Part shown: positions 63,997 to 64,000 of the stretch, piece by piece
Layout of the letters: every line of letters begins with the position of its first letter
Position numbering within the stretch: position 1 is the stretch's first letter
Assembly (NCBI GenBank): GCA_963765625.1
Contig: CAVXXD010000005.1
Coordinates: 191,113-255,112 of the forward strand
Origin: an uncultured bacterium
GTDB taxonomy: Bacteria > Actinomycetota > Geothermincolia > Geothermincolales > Geothermincolaceae
Direction of reading: 5' to 3'
Length of the DNA stretch: 64,000 nucleotides
The notes under the pieces: model-generated
Told to the model about the DNA's origin: nothing
What the model saw: the letters and a program-made list of their open reading frames with translations, nothing else
Databases searched by the model: none
Program-made: the position numbers and the translations under genes

Positions 63997-64000
63997 GGTC

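Overview
The window is high-GC (~65%) bacterial chromosome with almost every real gene on the minus strand. The housekeeping backbone follows the conserved Actinobacteria order seen in Mycobacterium and Streptomyces, read here in reverse. That order is pdxS-pdxT-yebC-ruvCAB-(queH-queA-tgt)-yajC-secDF-rel-dtd-hisS-aspS-...-alaS-ruvX-mltG-aroE-...-aroC-aroK-aroB-aroQ-pepP-efp-nusB. Three accessory blocks are interleaved into this backbone.

(a) A complete monoderm-type type IV pilus (T4P) locus lies between aroE and aroC. It contains pilB, pilT, a PilGHI-like ABC transporter with a TPR protein, pilC, two tandemly duplicated pilA genes, pilD, a small unannotated HTH gene, pilM, pilN, pilO and a PilP-like ORF. 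There is no secretin.

(b) A minor-pilin operon lies between aroQ and pepP. It has FimT-like, PilW-like and PilX-like genes and a 936-aa modular pilin.

(c) Between mltG and aroE there is a candidate regulatory module plus a hydrogenase cluster. The module is three tandem roadblock/LC7 paralogs, a 1465-aa DUF4388 protein with a very long acidic repetitive tail, and a CvnD/MglA-like small GTPase. The hydrogenase cluster is a V4R protein, [NiFe]-hydrogenase small and large subunits, and a 2x[4Fe-4S] ferredoxin.

Other notable items are a 1015-aa secreted multi-repeat protein with a 278-bp perfect internal duplication and a pair of acyl-CoA dehydrogenases on the plus strand. There is an apparent frameshift in queA. 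Several sigma70-type promoters sit in AT-rich islands. Clear hairpin terminators are present. The long plus-strand ORFs in the track are GC-skewed shadow ORFs antisense to real genes. No rRNA, tRNA, CRISPR or transposase was recognised.
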